DNA of 60,614 nt, filler included, from Stramenopiles sp. TOSAG23-2 (taxonomy: Eukaryota): assembly GCA_900128395.1 (NCBI GenBank). It is 6 parts of 6 records of this genome, joined end to end, with 100 filler letters (N's around TTAATTAATTAA, not from the genome) between each part and the next. Parts side by side here need not be neighbours in the genome. Positions count along the whole stretch, not along the records: positions 50,631 to 60,614 come from LT650052.1; 5 more parts are not named here. The stretch is one strand, 5' to 3'. This document shows, piece after piece, positions 60,451 to 60,614 of this stretch. Every line of letters begins with the position of its first letter. The stretch's first letter is position 1. A program made the translations under genes and the position numbers. The notes below the pieces were generated by a model, which saw nothing but the letters and a program-made list of their open reading frames with translations, searched no databases and had not been told where the DNA came from.

Positions 60451-60614
60451 TATAAGAATTCATCAACAAAAAAACCCGATTTTGACCGGGACAGAAATAT
60501 ACAACAGATCAACTTTACCATTCCCTTAAATCTGGAGATACATTACGATACAACTGTTCTAACTGTGTACGCTAATAATACACAGTCTTTTTTTTTATTC
60601 GGAATACTTTTTTA

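Noticed and set aside
1-60614. CRISPR arrays, rRNA, tRNA or prokaryotic defence operons
   Set aside because: No repeat-spacer arrays or recognisable structural RNA seen. The sequence is eukaryotic with spliceosomal introns, and the (AAT)n, (TA)n, (GT)n and (GA)n tracts are ordinary microsatellites.

Overview
AT-rich, gene-dense, intron-poor eukaryotic DNA from a flagellated protist. A heterotrophic stramenopile-like MAG/SAG is my inference from composition and gene content and is not proven. The window is not one locus. It is six unrelated ~10-kb contigs (10061, 10043, 10016, 10009, 10001, 9984 bp, in descending order) joined by artificial 100-bp N44-TTAATTAATTAA-N44 spacers. Recognisable genes: APC4, CCDC77, TRAIP-like RING ligase, papain protease with a granulin-like tail, ING PHD protein, SH3-fused EHD ATPase, HET/TIR-like + TPR protein, DUF866/CZIB, S10 carboxypeptidase, threonine aldolase, SPEF2/CPC1, axonemal dynein DNAH2-type, BIN4-like protein, TruA-family synthase and Spg1/Tem1 GTPase, plus several orphan ORFs. 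Four short GT-AG introns restore reading frames. Best leads: a candidate TIR/HET-effector + TPR-sensor immune receptor, a non-plant BIN4-like topoisomerase VI partner, an SH3-EHD fusion with an internal NPF motif, a Tc1/mariner-type MITE, two families of intergenic motifs (CCTGG-centred palindromes and TACGAAGTA in convergent 3' regions), and a truncated SPEF2 overlapping another gene. No multi-gene novel system could be demonstrated from sequence alone.
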